Source: a virus. From it: DNA of 64,000 nucleotides. The position numbers and the translations under genes are program-made. The notes beneath the pieces are model-generated. The model saw only the letters and a program-made list of their open reading frames with translations. It searched no databases and was not told the DNA's origin. How positions within the stretch are numbered: the first letter of the stretch is position 1; each line of letters starts with the position of its first letter. The stretch spans positions 92,596 through 156,595 of IMG/VR virus record IMGVR_UViG_3300035210_000132. One strand, written 5' to 3'. Below are positions 52,601-62,128 of the stretch, one piece after another.

Positions 52601-52605
52601 TCACT

Positions 52606-52791
52606 ATGTTCTGGTTGATCTGTGGCAGCTACATGCTGGTGACTGCCAGCTTGTTGTTCTTCGATGCGCTCCCTGCGATCAAGGAAGGCAACGACATCCA
52701 GTGGTGGACGTACTTCTGCTGGCCGCTCTTCCTGGTAGCCTTCGTGCTTCACCTGCCCTTCATGGTCCTGTCGTACATGACGCGTAAATAG
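52606..52791 (+). CDS. small two-TM membrane protein (61 aa)
   Basis: 'MFWLICGSYMLVTASLLFFD...WWTYFCWPLFLVAFVLHLPFMVL'. Confidence 0.5.
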   Translation: MFWLICGSYMLVTASLLFFDALPAIKEGNDIQWWTYFCWPLFLVAFVLHLPFMVLSYMTRK

Positions 52792-52814
52792 CGGTAGTAG
52801 GTTAGGAGGTCATC

Positions 52815-53363
52815 ATGTTCGTAGCCAGTAAGGTCTTCCAAGGCTTCGAAAGGCGTTGCGTGGGCACGCGCGTGGTGGAAGCCGGTCCCTTCATCAAAGC
52901 ACTCAGCCTCCGCATCGAGCACCACTGCTTCGGGAGTAGCCAGCACGCGGTTTTATCCGCTCCTGCGCTCATCCCCTATGTCATGTGGGGTGAGGGACTG
53001 AGATCCCAAGAGCCCTCGGACTACATCCTGAGGAACTGGAGGGGCAAAGTGCACCCCTTCCTGAAGCGCCACTTGTTCTGCACGACGGAGAAGCTCGGGG
53101 TGGTGGTCTACAAGACTGACTACTACCTCAGCGACCCTGAGGTCATGGCCGATGACCGTGAGGTCGATCGCATCAAGAAGATCAACATGCCCTACGTGTT
53201 GGTTGCCATCATCAATCCGGACGCACCCCGGACGGCAGACAGCCTCGTGCACTGCCTGGCCGGGAACAACCAGGACGTGATGTCCTGGGACGTTGCTCGG
53301 ATCCACACCGAAGCAGCCGCCATCCACGCGTACTGGAACAAGTACTGCGTTGTGGCTGACTGA
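52815..53363 (+). CDS. hypothetical protein
   Basis: RBS 'aggagg'. Confidence 0.45.
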   Translation: MFVASKVFQGFERRCVGTRVVEAGPFIKALSLRIEHHCFGSSQHAVLSAPALIPYVMWGEGLRSQEPSDYILRNWRGKVHPFLKRHLFCTTEKLGVVVYKTDYYLSDPEVMADDREVDRIKKINMPYVLVAIINPDAPRTADSLVHCLAGNNQDVMSWDVARIHTEAAAIHAYWNKYCVVAD

Positions 53364-53448
53364 ACCGTCTCTCCCGCCTTCGCCCTGACCTCTGGGCCCC
53401 TCTCCCTTAGTACGTAAGCAGCCCTGCGCAAGTAGTAGCCTTGCTACG

Positions 53449-53458
53449 GGTATAAGAT
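53449..53458 (+). promoter_or_regulatory. GTATAAGATA promoter-like box
   Basis: Upstream of the ATG at 53478 (RBS 'aaggagg'). Confidence 0.45.
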
Positions 53459-53477
53459 ATCTGAAAGGAGGCTACTT

Positions 53478-53999
53478 ATGGGTCTGAAGCCCAACTTGAC
53501 TGATGAGGTTTTGGTGTTGCACAAGCGCTATCTGGGCGCGACCTGGAAGATCTGCAGCATCTGGACATCAGGAGAATCTTGGAAAGATGAGAGCGGCGAG
53601 GACGACAGTGAGATCGTCCCCGAGTTCATGCCCGGATCCATCATCAAGGCGATGGGCTATCTGTACGTCTTCCCTGAGATCCTCGTCTGGATGGTGATCA
53701 AGCACGTGCACCCCTCTGGGAACGATCTCAGGCCCTTTACCTATGGCGAGATATTGGGTCGGGAACCCGAGGGGGTAGTTTCACATACCCCTTGGGGCTC
53801 CACGCTAACTTCGAGCTTCTGCTGTGAGCCCTACCCAGAGATGCTGGCGAGAGTGGTTGACGTGCCCGACCCTAACAAGGGAAAGAAGTTCATCAGTCAC
53901 TTCCCTTCGACGTGTCCGGCGTGCCGTAGCCCTGCCTACCAGGGCTACAGCTCCTTTGTCTGCAGCCGTCCTGGCTGCGATCCCACAAGGAAAGGATGA
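53478..53999 (+). CDS. hypothetical protein with C-terminal zinc ribbon, paralog of the next ORF
   Basis: 'STCPACRSPAYQGYSSFVCSRPGCDPTRKG'. Confidence 0.45.
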   Translation: MGLKPNLTDEVLVLHKRYLGATWKICSIWTSGESWKDESGEDDSEIVPEFMPGSIIKAMGYLYVFPEILVWMVIKHVHPSGNDLRPFTYGEILGREPEGVVSHTPWGSTLTSSFCCEPYPEMLARVVDVPDPNKGKKFISHFPSTCPACRSPAYQGYSSFVCSRPGCDPTRKG

Positions 54000-54682
54000 C
54001 CATGCCGAAACCCAACGCTCTTCAGGAAGTGCTACACGAGAAGTACAAGAGCAAGAACGTAAAGGTCATGTTCGGCATCTGGCTGGACGCGAGCTGCCTT
54101 CCCGCAGGTGTCACGATTGAGTTCGGGGCGGTGCTACAAGCCGTAGGCTATCTCGACAACGACCCCAGCGTCCTCATCTGGCACATCGTCTCCCGGAAGC
54201 TGCCGCCTCCCGGCTTGTCCTGGGCAGAGCCTCCAACTCTTCGATCCCTGATCACCATCCAGCCGTGCGTCATCTTCGGCTCCATACCCAGAGGTAGTTT
54301 CAACGCGGTAATGGATCTGCCGATCTTCTGTAGCCCTGTCTACCCCAACATGGGCCTCGTGGAGGTCGCAGCGGACGTTGTTACAACACCTGTGCCTGTC
54401 CCCAAGCCAAAGCTCACGCCGAGACCCGTTCCCACGTGTCCGAAGTGCGGCAGCACGGACTTCTACCTGGGCTTCTCGTCCATGAAGTGTGGCACTCCTG
54501 GGTGCGACCCGCGCCTGAAGAAGACAGAGGTACAGCCTCCGGAGAAGCGGAGCGGCATGGCTTGGGTCTGTGGCTGTGGTCATACGCTCACTCGGGATGG
54601 CAACTCTCTCAGGATAATGAGAGAGTTGCATGCCCAGCACTGTAACATCAACACAAGCTCCATCAAGAAAGTCGATCCCTGA
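53996..54682 (+). CDS. hypothetical protein with zinc ribbon, tandem paralog
   Basis: 'PTCPKCGSTDFYLGFSSMKCGTPGCDPRLKK'. Confidence 0.45.
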   Translation: MTMPKPNALQEVLHEKYKSKNVKVMFGIWLDASCLPAGVTIEFGAVLQAVGYLDNDPSVLIWHIVSRKLPPPGLSWAEPPTLRSLITIQPCVIFGSIPRGSFNAVMDLPIFCSPVYPNMGLVEVAADVVTTPVPVPKPKLTPRPVPTCPKCGSTDFYLGFSSMKCGTPGCDPRLKKTEVQPPEKRSGMAWVCGCGHTLTRDGNSLRIMRELHAQHCNINTSSIKKVDP

Positions 54683-54704
54683 TACGGGGAGAAAGGCATG
54701 ACAG

Positions 54705-54980
54705 ATGAAGACCCTTTACTCGTTCCACTGGGACTGTCGCCGCCAGGGCCTAGAAGATCTAGATGCAGAAGAACCCCTGAACATACCGAGTGCAGATGTA
54801 CTGCGTCTCCATACGCTACGAGATACCCTTGCGCAGGTAGGAGTTGGCAAGGAGTCCTGGCCGCTCTTGGAGGCCCTGCAGTACATCCATGACGAAGAGG
54901 CCGAGTCGGGCTGGGAGACTTGCTGGAAAGCCGTCGCTAACAGGTTCCAGCTCACCATGCCTGCTCTGCCAAAGCCCTAG
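54705..54980 (+). CDS. hypothetical protein
   Basis: RBS 'ggggagaaagg'. Confidence 0.4.
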   Translation: MKTLYSFHWDCRRQGLEDLDAEEPLNIPSADVLRLHTLRDTLAQVGVGKESWPLLEALQYIHDEEAESGWETCWKAVANRFQLTMPALPKP

Positions 54981-54988
54981 ATAAACAG

Positions 54989-54999
54989 GTATAAGAATA
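54989..54999 (+). promoter_or_regulatory. GTATAAGAATA promoter-like box
   Basis: Upstream of 55059. Confidence 0.45.
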
Positions 55000-55058
55000 A
55001 TAGCAGAGGCTAACGCTCTCTGTAAGGCCCTCCCTAGTTACATAGCGGTGAAGGCATC

Positions 55059-55625
55059 GTGCCGGCGGCACTCAAGGGACAAAGGGCATTCGTAGAAGTG
55101 CTGCAGACTCACGGCGTAGTGGGGACCCGACTACTCGCAGAAACGATGCTATCGGGCCAGGCAGAAACACAGAAAGGCTGTGGCGGGACAACGCTTCCCC
55201 CGAGCGAGGTTCGAATCCTCGATCTGCCTCTAGAAGTATCTGCTACCGGTACTGGAAGTCTCCTCACCCCGTTAGAGGGGATTGGCTTTTCAAGGAGACC
55301 GCATCCCATGAAGACTCTCGTGAACCTCACCCCGCACACCATCAATCTCTTCGGATCCAATGACAGCAACCAGGCTATCCCCTCCACGGGAGTAGCTCGG
55401 TGCGTTGCCATCCCGACAGTCGTCGGGGAGGTGAACGGAGTCCCCGTGCGCCGCACGCAGTTCGGTGCAGTGACCGGGCTGCCCGAGCCCTCGGAAGGGG
55501 TCATCTTCATCGTCTCTATGTTGGTGGCTTCGGCCGCCAAGAGGGACGATGTCGTGTTCCCCGACGACGTCGTGCGCGACCCCGATGGCAAGATCATCGG
55601 GTGCCGCGCCCTCGGCTGTCCGTAG
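55059..55625 (+). CDS. hypothetical protein (GTG start)
   Basis: ORF. Confidence 0.4.
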   Translation: MPAALKGQRAFVEVLQTHGVVGTRLLAETMLSGQAETQKGCGGTTLPPSEVRILDLPLEVSATGTGSLLTPLEGIGFSRRPHPMKTLVNLTPHTINLFGSNDSNQAIPSTGVARCVAIPTVVGEVNGVPVRRTQFGAVTGLPEPSEGVIFIVSMLVASAAKRDDVVFPDDVVRDPDGKIIGCRALGCP

Positions 55626-55697
55626 AGATCCCGCCTACTGCCCGAAGTTCTGGGCCCTTCTCTTAGCCCTGAAACAGCAAAATAGGGATCCTAGCGG

Positions 55698-55709
55698 ATA
55701 TAAGAATAA
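55698..55709 (+). promoter_or_regulatory. GATATAAGAATA promoter-like box
   Basis: Upstream of 55760. Confidence 0.45.
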
Positions 55710-55759
55710 TGAAGGAGAGATGGATAATCTCTCTAACACCCTAAGTAGGAGAGTGTTCT

Positions 55760-56161
55760 ATGGAGACTTCTCTGGATGGCAAGAACCCCGTTCGCCCCAA
55801 CTCGGCGCAGTTTCCGGCCCTGGGCTTCACCCAGGAAGACGCGATCCAGCTCAAGCTGGACGTCAAGAACATGGTGGTAGAGGTTCTCTCGGCCGACCGG
55901 GAGGCCCTCTTCGAGCAGATGAAGAGGGTCTGCTCGGGGGCTATCCTCTCGCGCGAGCAGGAGCTCGCCAAGGAGGAGCGCGAGAGGGTCCGCCGAAAGG
56001 CGGAGCAGGACGAGCTCCTCCACCAGGAGGAGATGCGCCGCAAGGCGCTGAAGAACTCCGAGCTGGCCATTGGCCTCTCGGCCAGCGCGTTCTTCAGCGT
56101 GCTGGCCATCGCCTGGAAGCTCCGGCAGGGGGGCAAGCTCCTCGGCCTCCCGGTCCCGTAG
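55760..56161 (+). CDS. hypothetical coiled-coil protein with C-terminal TM
   Basis: RBS 'aggag'. Preferred over the overlapping Gly/Arg/Pro-rich ORF 55549-56235. Confidence 0.45.
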   Translation: METSLDGKNPVRPNSAQFPALGFTQEDAIQLKLDVKNMVVEVLSADREALFEQMKRVCSGAILSREQELAKEERERVRRKAEQDELLHQEEMRRKALKNSELAIGLSASAFFSVLAIAWKLRQGGKLLGLPVP

Positions 56162-56184
56162 TAGGTTCCACGGTTCGGCCAGCG

Positions 56185-56227
56185 AAGCCCGCTCCCCGAG
56201 AGGGGTTGGGCTTCGTGTTTTTTAGCT
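56185..56227 (+). terminator. Rho-independent terminator
   Basis: 'cgaagcccgctccccgagaggggttgggcttcg' + 'tgtttttt'. Confidence 0.7.
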
Positions 56228-56252
56228 CTGAGTAGGCTTCATATAAAACGGG

Positions 56253-56332
56253 CATAAGAAGTATGAATCCAGGGCACGTTGCCCCATGAGTGTAGCTATG
56301 CAAAAAGCTGCAAAAGCCTGTCATAAGAAGTA
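56253..56332 (+). promoter_or_regulatory. Two tandem CATAAGAAGTATG promoter-like boxes 68 bp apart
   Basis: 'gggcataagaagtatgaa' and 'tgtcataagaagtatgtaagg'. Confidence 0.45.
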
Positions 56333-56371
56333 TGTAAGGACATTGGTGTCCTTTTTTAAGGGAGATGTCCC

Positions 56372-56518
56372 ATGGTAGAGGTGTTGACAACCGCAGTGGT
56401 ATCGACTTCGTCGCTTTCTATCACCACGGTTTCCGGTACCGCCATCGTGATAGCGGGTGGGTTTGTCGTATGCGCCTGCATTGGGGTGGCACTGCTTCTC
56501 TGGGTGTGCTTCTGGTAA
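56372..56518 (+). CDS. small membrane protein (48 aa). Not in the ORF track.
   Basis: RBS 'aagggag'. 'MVEVLTTAVVSTSSLSITTVSGTAIVIAGGFVVCACIGVALLLWVCFW'. Confidence 0.4.
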   Translation: MVEVLTTAVVSTSSLSITTVSGTAIVIAGGFVVCACIGVALLLWVCFW

Positions 56519-56642
56519 CTCCTCTATAACAATTAAGCCATGCAATCGGTGGCTGAGTCTTCTACACATGAAGGCGGGACAGGTTGCCATAAACGTGTGA
56601 CCCCCGTTCTTAGCTCACAGAAGCAAGAGCGGCTCGAATAAG

Positions 56643-56655
56643 GAGATAAGAGTAA
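56643..56655 (+). promoter_or_regulatory. GAGATAAGAGTAA promoter-like box
   Basis: Upstream of 56731. Confidence 0.4.
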
Positions 56656-56730
56656 TGGAGGTGGAGGATCGGTATTTACTGCGACCCTCTGTACCTTCTC
56701 TGCCACTCACATGAGTAGAAAGTGTGACTT

Positions 56731-57204
56731 ATGACTATCTCCATCAAGAGCTTGCTGATCGCAGTCGTCTGCCTCATCGCGGTCCCCGGAACCGCCTGGG
56801 TCCTCGAGAGGTACCATATCGGGAACACCCCGGAGCCGGAAGCTTTGCGTGCACCCCTCGCTCCCCAACATGTCGACTCCCCTGCCTCTGCCTCTGTCTC
56901 TGCTGAGTTCCTAGACCAAAGGGTGATGTACGAAGACTTGGGGATGATCGCGTGCCTCAAGACCCTGAAGTGTAGGGGCATGGACTCAAGCACGGACTCC
57001 GTGCAGAAGTGCGCAGCGGAGTTCGTGAAGAAGGTTTGCGCCGCTACCAATGGGTGCAAAGAGGCCGTCGAGTCCAATCACACCGTGCAGGACATGGTGG
57101 CCTGCGTCGACGTGATAAAAGACATGAGGTGCCCTAGGGGCAAGAGCACCAAAGTCACGGACGTCCTCGACGTCCTGATCGACAAGTGCCCGGCTAGTAG
57201 GTAG
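56731..57204 (+). CDS. secreted/periplasmic Cys-rich protein
   Basis: Signal peptide 'MTISIKSLLIAVVCLIAVPGTAWV'. 10 Cys in the mature part. Confidence 0.5.
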   Translation: MTISIKSLLIAVVCLIAVPGTAWVLERYHIGNTPEPEALRAPLAPQHVDSPASASVSAEFLDQRVMYEDLGMIACLKTLKCRGMDSSTDSVQKCAAEFVKKVCAATNGCKEAVESNHTVQDMVACVDVIKDMRCPRGKSTKVTDVLDVLIDKCPASR

Positions 57205-57213
57205 AGTTAAGGC

Positions 57214-57465
57214 GTGTGTAAAACCGCCAAGGTGTTTGGGCTCTTGGCAGCTGCCGTCTTGGGCTCGTTCTTTCAGCTCAAGCCTTGGCAGCTGCTCGGA
57301 ATGCTGCTCGTCCTGCTTGGAGATCTCGGTGATCTCCTAGTGTTCTGTGACGAGCAGGAGCGGAAGTACCGAGTGAGCGTCATCATCCGAGAGATGACAG
57401 AAATACAGGCAGACGACCCCACGCCCAAGTGGGTTCTGTCCGCTTTCCGTCGGATGCTTCCGTGA
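57214..57465 (+). CDS. small membrane protein
   Basis: Two TM helices. Confidence 0.4.
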   Translation: MCKTAKVFGLLAAAVLGSFFQLKPWQLLGMLLVLLGDLGDLLVFCDEQERKYRVSVIIREMTEIQADDPTPKWVLSAFRRMLP

Positions 57466-57478
57466 AAGGTACCAACTT

Positions 57479-57494
57479 GCCCTCTCCGGAGGGC
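57479..57494. terminator. Bidirectional hairpin terminator
   Basis: 'gccctctccggagggc' between convergent genes. Confidence 0.5.
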
Positions 57495-57499
57495 ATATC

Positions 57500-57736
57500 T
57501 TAGCTCATAGCAATTAGCTTACGCCTGCGCCTACGGGGACGCATGTACCTCTCTAGAATGGCTTGGGGCAGCCCCTCTAGGTGGGTGCCACAGGAGAGGC
57601 AGTAACGCATGGATACCTCTTTGTCTTTGCCTCCCTCGGTCACCACCATGTACCAGCCTTCCTGGGAGCCAAAGATGTAATTTCCTAGGCCTTCCAGGAA
57701 CTCATCACAAGGAGACCGGTCGCAGATCTTACTCAT
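57500..57736 (-). CDS. hypothetical Cys-containing protein
   Basis: ORF on the minus strand. C-terminal Arg-rich. Confidence 0.4.
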   Translation of the reverse strand: MSKICDRSPCDEFLEGLGNYIFGSQEGWYMVVTEGGKDKEVSMRYCLSCGTHLEGLPQAILERYMRPRRRRRKLIAMS

Positions 57737-57791
57737 CTTACCTAGAGACTACTGGGTAGGCCCCTGGAACGCAAGAGGGCCCCCAAAGGGG

Positions 57792-57802
57792 GTATAAGAA
57801 GG
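57792..57802 (+). promoter_or_regulatory. GTATAAGAAGG promoter-like box
   Basis: Upstream of 57834 (RBS 'ggagg'). Confidence 0.45.
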
Positions 57803-57833
57803 GTAGAAGAAACTCAACCTTCTGGAGGACCCT

Positions 57834-58313
57834 ATGCTACCTGTTGTTCTGGCCGCCCTAGTTACGGCGGTCACAGCTCTGGGATTTACGAACGCCCACT
57901 GGCTGGGCTTCTCAGCCCTGGGCTGTAAGTTGGTGGTTGACCACGTCTTGAAGTTCCCCTCCAAGGAGGGGCTCCTCTCTCCGAACCTTGACGAGTTTGT
58001 CAAGGGGACGTACGTCGGCGAGGGGACGAGCACCATTCTCGGAGAGGCGCTCACGCTCATTGCGAGCAACTCGTTTGCTCCCCCCGAGATGAAAAAGTTC
58101 ATGGGGAAGACATTCATGTTCTCCATGAGTGAGGGTAAGTTCGCGAGCTCCTGCGCTAGAGTAGGTTGTTATACGATAGAGCACGCCTTCAAGAGGGTAA
58201 AAGAAGGCGCGTCTCTGGAGCAGGCAGGAGAGTATCTCAGCGAGACCCTGCCCAAGCAGGTGGATTCGTTGGTCCTGCTTCTCGAGTCCATCCCGCCCTC
58301 GCGGGTCTTCTGA
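57834..58313 (+). CDS. hypothetical protein
   Basis: ORF. Confidence 0.45.
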   Translation: MLPVVLAALVTAVTALGFTNAHWLGFSALGCKLVVDHVLKFPSKEGLLSPNLDEFVKGTYVGEGTSTILGEALTLIASNSFAPPEMKKFMGKTFMFSMSEGKFASSCARVGCYTIEHAFKRVKEGASLEQAGEYLSETLPKQVDSLVLLLESIPPSRVF

Positions 58314-58321
58314 GCCCTACT

Positions 58322-58352
58322 AGCCTGGGGAGGGACAAACCTTCCCCAGGCA
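58322..58352 (+). terminator. Rho-independent terminator
   Basis: 'cctggggagggacaaaccttccccagg' + 'cacttgtactt'. Confidence 0.6.
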
Positions 58353-58392
58353 CTTGTACTTAGCTATCAGTGCAAGAAGAGGCCAGCTTACG

Positions 58393-58403
58393 AGATAAGG
58401 GCA
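58393..58403 (+). promoter_or_regulatory. GAGATAAGGGC promoter-like box
   Basis: Upstream of 58442. Confidence 0.4.
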
Positions 58404-58441
58404 AGTACCCACCCTTTTCTTTTAGTCACGAGGAGAACCCC

Positions 58442-59407
58442 ATGGGATCACAGACCGATGCATGGATGTCCTGGCTGGAGAACATTGAAGTCGGGCAGCA
58501 AAGGGCTCTTTACGAAGTACTGACTTCTCGTTTCTCGCAACAAGATGACGACTCCATCAGGGTGATCAGAACGCCTATCGAGGATCTCATGATCGAGGAT
58601 CCTCCTGTCTACGTCGACATCTTCAACCTTCACGAAATCTACAAGCGCTTAGCTTTCAACACCAACATCATCCTCAAGGGCCCCAAGGGAGATGGCAAGA
58701 CCCTGTCGATCTTTGCCTATGCTGCAAGCATCAGTTGTCCCCTGGTCATCCAGGAGTGCAGTGAGGAGACCAAGAAGTACGACCTCATGGGCTCGCAGAT
58801 GTTCATCGGTGACGAGACGGTCTACATGCTCGGCTCGGTACCGACGGCCATCGATATAGCCAACGAGGTTGGACAGTGCATTCTGCTCTTCGAAGAGCTC
58901 AACGCTCTCATGCCTCAGACCCAAAAGCAGCTCAACGCCATCTCCGATTTCCGGAAGATGGTCTCGATGCCCCACATCGGGAAGAGTTACAAGCTTCGGG
59001 AAGATGCCAAGGTCTGGGTGGTCGGTACCCAGAACCCTTCGACCTATGGCGGGTCCTATGACATGAACGAGGACTTGAAATCTCGTTTCGAGGAGATCGA
59101 GCTCACCTACCCAGAGCACGGGCAAGAGAAGGGCATTGTCAAAGCTGTCTGTGGCACGCTGGCCGCCGATGACCTCATAGACAAGGTCTTACGCTTCGCC
59201 AAGGAGACCCGGCAACAAGCTACGGGTTATGCACTCTCTACCCGAGACGTCAATCGCTTCATCCACACGGCGGCCAAGATCGGACTCGACAACGCGCTGC
59301 AGCTGGTCATTGGCAAGTTCGAGGATGCAGACAAGGACACGGTGATGAAGCGTATGGCCTCAGTGTTCGGTCCCAAGGCAGTCAAGAAGTTCTGGGGGGC
59401 TCTATGA
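58442..59407 (+). CDS. MoxR-family AAA+ ATPase (CobS-like)
   Basis: Walker A 'GPKGDGKT', Walker B 'ILLFEELNA', MoxR sensor 'VVGTQNP'. RBS 'gaggag'. Confidence 0.7.
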   Translation: MGSQTDAWMSWLENIEVGQQRALYEVLTSRFSQQDDDSIRVIRTPIEDLMIEDPPVYVDIFNLHEIYKRLAFNTNIILKGPKGDGKTLSIFAYAASISCPLVIQECSEETKKYDLMGSQMFIGDETVYMLGSVPTAIDIANEVGQCILLFEELNALMPQTQKQLNAISDFRKMVSMPHIGKSYKLREDAKVWVVGTQNPSTYGGSYDMNEDLKSRFEEIELTYPEHGQEKGIVKAVCGTLAADDLIDKVLRFAKETRQQATGYALSTRDVNRFIHTAAKIGLDNALQLVIGKFEDADKDTVMKRMASVFGPKAVKKFWGAL

Positions 59408-59736
59408 GGAAAGCTATTGTTTCACTGGAATTGCCTCCAGCCGTGCGTACACTCGTTGTGGAAGTGCAGGATCCTGGGATCGTTCGAGGGTTTCTTACGG
59501 GCATTCGCCAGAAGCCCGTGCTCGTGGGCAACGGGAACCAGGTGGTCGAAGAAGTGCCCACTCTCCTTGTCGAGGTGGACCCCGATGCCCCGAAGAGAAA
59601 ACGGTCCTTCCTCATCGTAGACACCAACGAAGTCATCGAGAACAGTAGCGGCCTTGTCTTCGTGACCTATATCACCTCACGCACCGGAAAGGTGTACCAC
59701 CTCTTCGAGAACACGAACTACCTCCCGGATCTGTAG
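59404..59736 (+). CDS. hypothetical protein
   Basis: ORF overlapping the CobS-like stop. Confidence 0.4.
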   Translation: MRKAIVSLELPPAVRTLVVEVQDPGIVRGFLTGIRQKPVLVGNGNQVVEEVPTLLVEVDPDAPKRKRSFLIVDTNEVIENSSGLVFVTYITSRTGKVYHLFENTNYLPDL

Positions 59737-59744
59737 GAGCGCTC

Positions 59745-62027
59745 ATGAAGAAGCATGGCTACGCCACGCATGGATCCCTAAGACACGGATCATCAGGGTA
59801 CCAGGGCGAGGGCGGGTGGTTTGACAAAGACCCCTTCTATCGCACCACCGATATCTTCAACGGAGTCTTCAAGAAAGCCATTCGTCTTGATCAGGCCTCT
59901 TCCCCCACCAACTCCACGGACCTTAAGAAGATCTACTTGAACTACGGAGAGATCTTCTTCAAGACCATCATTTCCCTGAAGGGCCCGGGGAGAGATGGGT
60001 TTCACTCTGAGTATGTGCTCGAGTGTGGGCACACATGGGAAGGGAAAACCGACCACACACCAGGGAAGGACGTAGGACGTTGTTCCATCTGTTCCGCCAA
60101 TCAGGTGTACTTAGCCTTCGAGCATGAGTGGCAGCACATCATCTTCAAGAGTGATCTCGCCACGCGTCAGCTCTTTGTGCAGGCCTACGTCGATGATCTC
60201 TCCAAGAATACAGCAGGGCTAGACACGCTACAGCTACAGGATTTCATTTCCCTCCTGATCAACGCCTTTGACGACCTGCGCTGCAACTCGCTCTGGGAGA
60301 AAGTTTACCCAGGCTCTGCCCAGCAGATATGGGAGCGCTGGCAACGTCTTACCGCCACCGAGCATGGGGATAAGATCAATACCAACTTCCTGAGCTTCAT
60401 CTTCGCCAAGGCGTTCGATGTCCACACAGACCCTGACGGAGAGTTTGCGACTCTCGAGCCCATCGTCAGATGGGGCATCGAGAAGGTCAAGTACCGTGGC
60501 TTCGCCAACATGCTTGTTGATGTTCGTGTTGTCTTGGACCGTTGCATGGGCGTGCTTCTGCAAAGCATGCGTCAACCCCAACCAGGAGTTCCCAATGCTC
60601 GACCCCAGCAAGGTGCAAAAAGACCTGATGCAGCCCAAGACCCAGGAGGAGGTTCTCCGGGTGGAGATCCAGGCCAGGGAAGTGGAGCCGAACCAGGGGA
60701 TCATAACGATACAGGTGAAGACGGCGACTCCACAGGAACTGGAGCAGATCCTCAACCTACTGATGAGGAACAAGAGTCGGATCCTGGAACAAATCCTGGG
60801 GATGGTGCCACCCCCTCTATAGAACAAGCGCCTTCGGCCAGCACCCTAAACCCTACACCCGAAGAAATGAGCAAAGCTCTTCAGAAGCTTGCTCAGGGGG
60901 CTCAGGCCCTCGACCCCAAGGAGACGCACCGAGACCCTGATACCGAGCAGTTGAGTGACGCTCAGACGTCGCAAGCCGTGAAGGCCACTATCCGTAGAGC
61001 GCTGAATGCAGACCTGGCTGATGCGAAAGCTCTGGATCAGATGCTGGGCAATGAGGTTGACCCGGACATGCAGCAAGCTTTGACCCAGCTCATGAATGGA
61101 GTTGCCCAGAAGTCGGAAACGTCTCAGCTCACCCAGGATGCCAAAGCCCGCATCTTACTCATCGAGGTGCAGCCTAGTGATGTAGCAGATGACCCAGAGA
61201 TCGAGCTCAGTACAGATGAGATAAATCGCGTACGCCACATACGCTCGGCTTTCTTCAGGGCCTTGGGTAGACAGAAAGCTAGCAGAGCTCCTGAAGGTCT
61301 GGTGATCGATGTTCCTGCTTTGATAGCCTACAAGCTGGACCACGAAGACTCGCACGTCTTCGAGGGCGAAGCCATTCAGCAAGGGTTCGCCTACTCGATC
61401 TTGTGCGACATGTCAGGATCGATGCAGGATACTTTCCCCTTGGTGTGCCACGCAGTAGAAATGCTGAAGCAGGCCCTCAAGTTCCCCTTCGTGGTAGGTA
61501 ACCTCTGGGGCTTCCGAGGAGGGGAAGGGTCTGCGGGCAGGCCTGGTCGTGATGGCGAAGTCTGGATCTACCGCTACCATCCCAAGGTCAAGGGCTACCT
61601 CGGAACCGCCCGCTCAGGGAAACACGGAAACTTCTCCGTCCCTGTCACGTGTGGAGGGCTGACTCCCATGAACCCAGCGCTCCGGGTTACAATAAATCAC
61701 TTGTCGCGAAAGATGCCTTCGGGGATGGCGAAGCGTCTGTTCTTGCTGACTGATGGATCGCCTTGCTCTACTCGAGTAGGGGGAGGCCATCAGTCGGCGA
61801 ACACTTTGCGGAGGTTCGTAGCCAAGGAGATTGAAGGGGCAAGGAAACACGGCATCCAGGTGTTCACCTTGGTCATCGGTCGACACGCCATTGCAGAGGA
61901 AGAGTGTCGTGAAATGTTCGGGCAGCCTCGTTTTTGGAAGCGGGTGGATGAGCCTGACCGAGTAGGAGCAGTCCTCGCTAGGCTGGTCCTAGAGAATTTC
62001 CAGCGCTACATCAAGATCCGTGGATGA
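59745..62027 (+). CDS. CobT-like protein with C-terminal von Willebrand factor A (VWA) domain and a central acidic/Gly-Pro-rich low-complexity region
   Basis: MIDAS 'CDMSGSM...LLTDGSP'. Acidic tract 'GDPGQGSGAEPGDHNDTGEDGDSTGTGADPQPTDEEQESDPG'. Paired with the upstream MoxR AAA+ gene. Confidence 0.6.
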   Translation: MKKHGYATHGSLRHGSSGYQGEGGWFDKDPFYRTTDIFNGVFKKAIRLDQASSPTNSTDLKKIYLNYGEIFFKTIISLKGPGRDGFHSEYVLECGHTWEGKTDHTPGKDVGRCSICSANQVYLAFEHEWQHIIFKSDLATRQLFVQAYVDDLSKNTAGLDTLQLQDFISLLINAFDDLRCNSLWEKVYPGSAQQIWERWQRLTATEHGDKINTNFLSFIFAKAFDVHTDPDGEFATLEPIVRWGIEKVKYRGFANMLVDVRVVLDRCMGVLLQSMRQPQPGVPNARPQQGAKRPDAAQDPGGGSPGGDPGQGSGAEPGDHNDTGEDGDSTGTGADPQPTDEEQESDPGTNPGDGATPSIEQAPSASTLNPTPEEMSKALQKLAQGAQALDPKETHRDPDTEQLSDAQTSQAVKATIRRALNADLADAKALDQMLGNEVDPDMQQALTQLMNGVAQKSETSQLTQDAKARILLIEVQPSDVADDPEIELSTDEINRVRHIRSAFFRALGRQKASRAPEGLVIDVPALIAYKLDHEDSHVFEGEAIQQGFAYSILCDMSGSMQDTFPLVCHAVEMLKQALKFPFVVGNLWGFRGGEGSAGRPGRDGEVWIYRYHPKVKGYLGTARSGKHGNFSVPVTCGGLTPMNPALRVTINHLSRKMPSGMAKRLFLLTDGSPCSTRVGGGHQSANTLRRFVAKEIEGARKHGIQVFTLVIGRHAIAEEECREMFGQPRFWKRVDEPDRVGAVLARLVLENFQRYIKIRG

Positions 62028-62034
62028 TCACGAC

Positions 62035-62066
62035 TGCACTCGAGAGATCGGGTGCAGTTCTTTAGC
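62035..62066 (+). terminator. Rho-independent terminator
   Basis: 'ctgcactcgagagatcgggtgcag' + 'ttcttt'. Confidence 0.6.
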
Positions 62067-62099
62067 GCTGAGATGCAGATCAAAGAACAAAAAGATACG

Positions 62100-62111
62100 G
62101 ATATAAGAATA
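62100..62111 (+). promoter_or_regulatory. GATATAAGAATA promoter-like box
   Basis: 'cggatataagaatacatgaaggaggaaattgATG'. Confidence 0.5.
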
Positions 62112-62128
62112 CATGAAGGAGGAAATTG

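Noticed and set aside
55549-56235. 228-aa ORF (Gly/Arg/Pro-rich)
   Set aside because: Its low-complexity composition is typical of an out-of-frame read of high-GC coding DNA. The overlapping frame 55760-56161 has an RBS and protein-like sequence.
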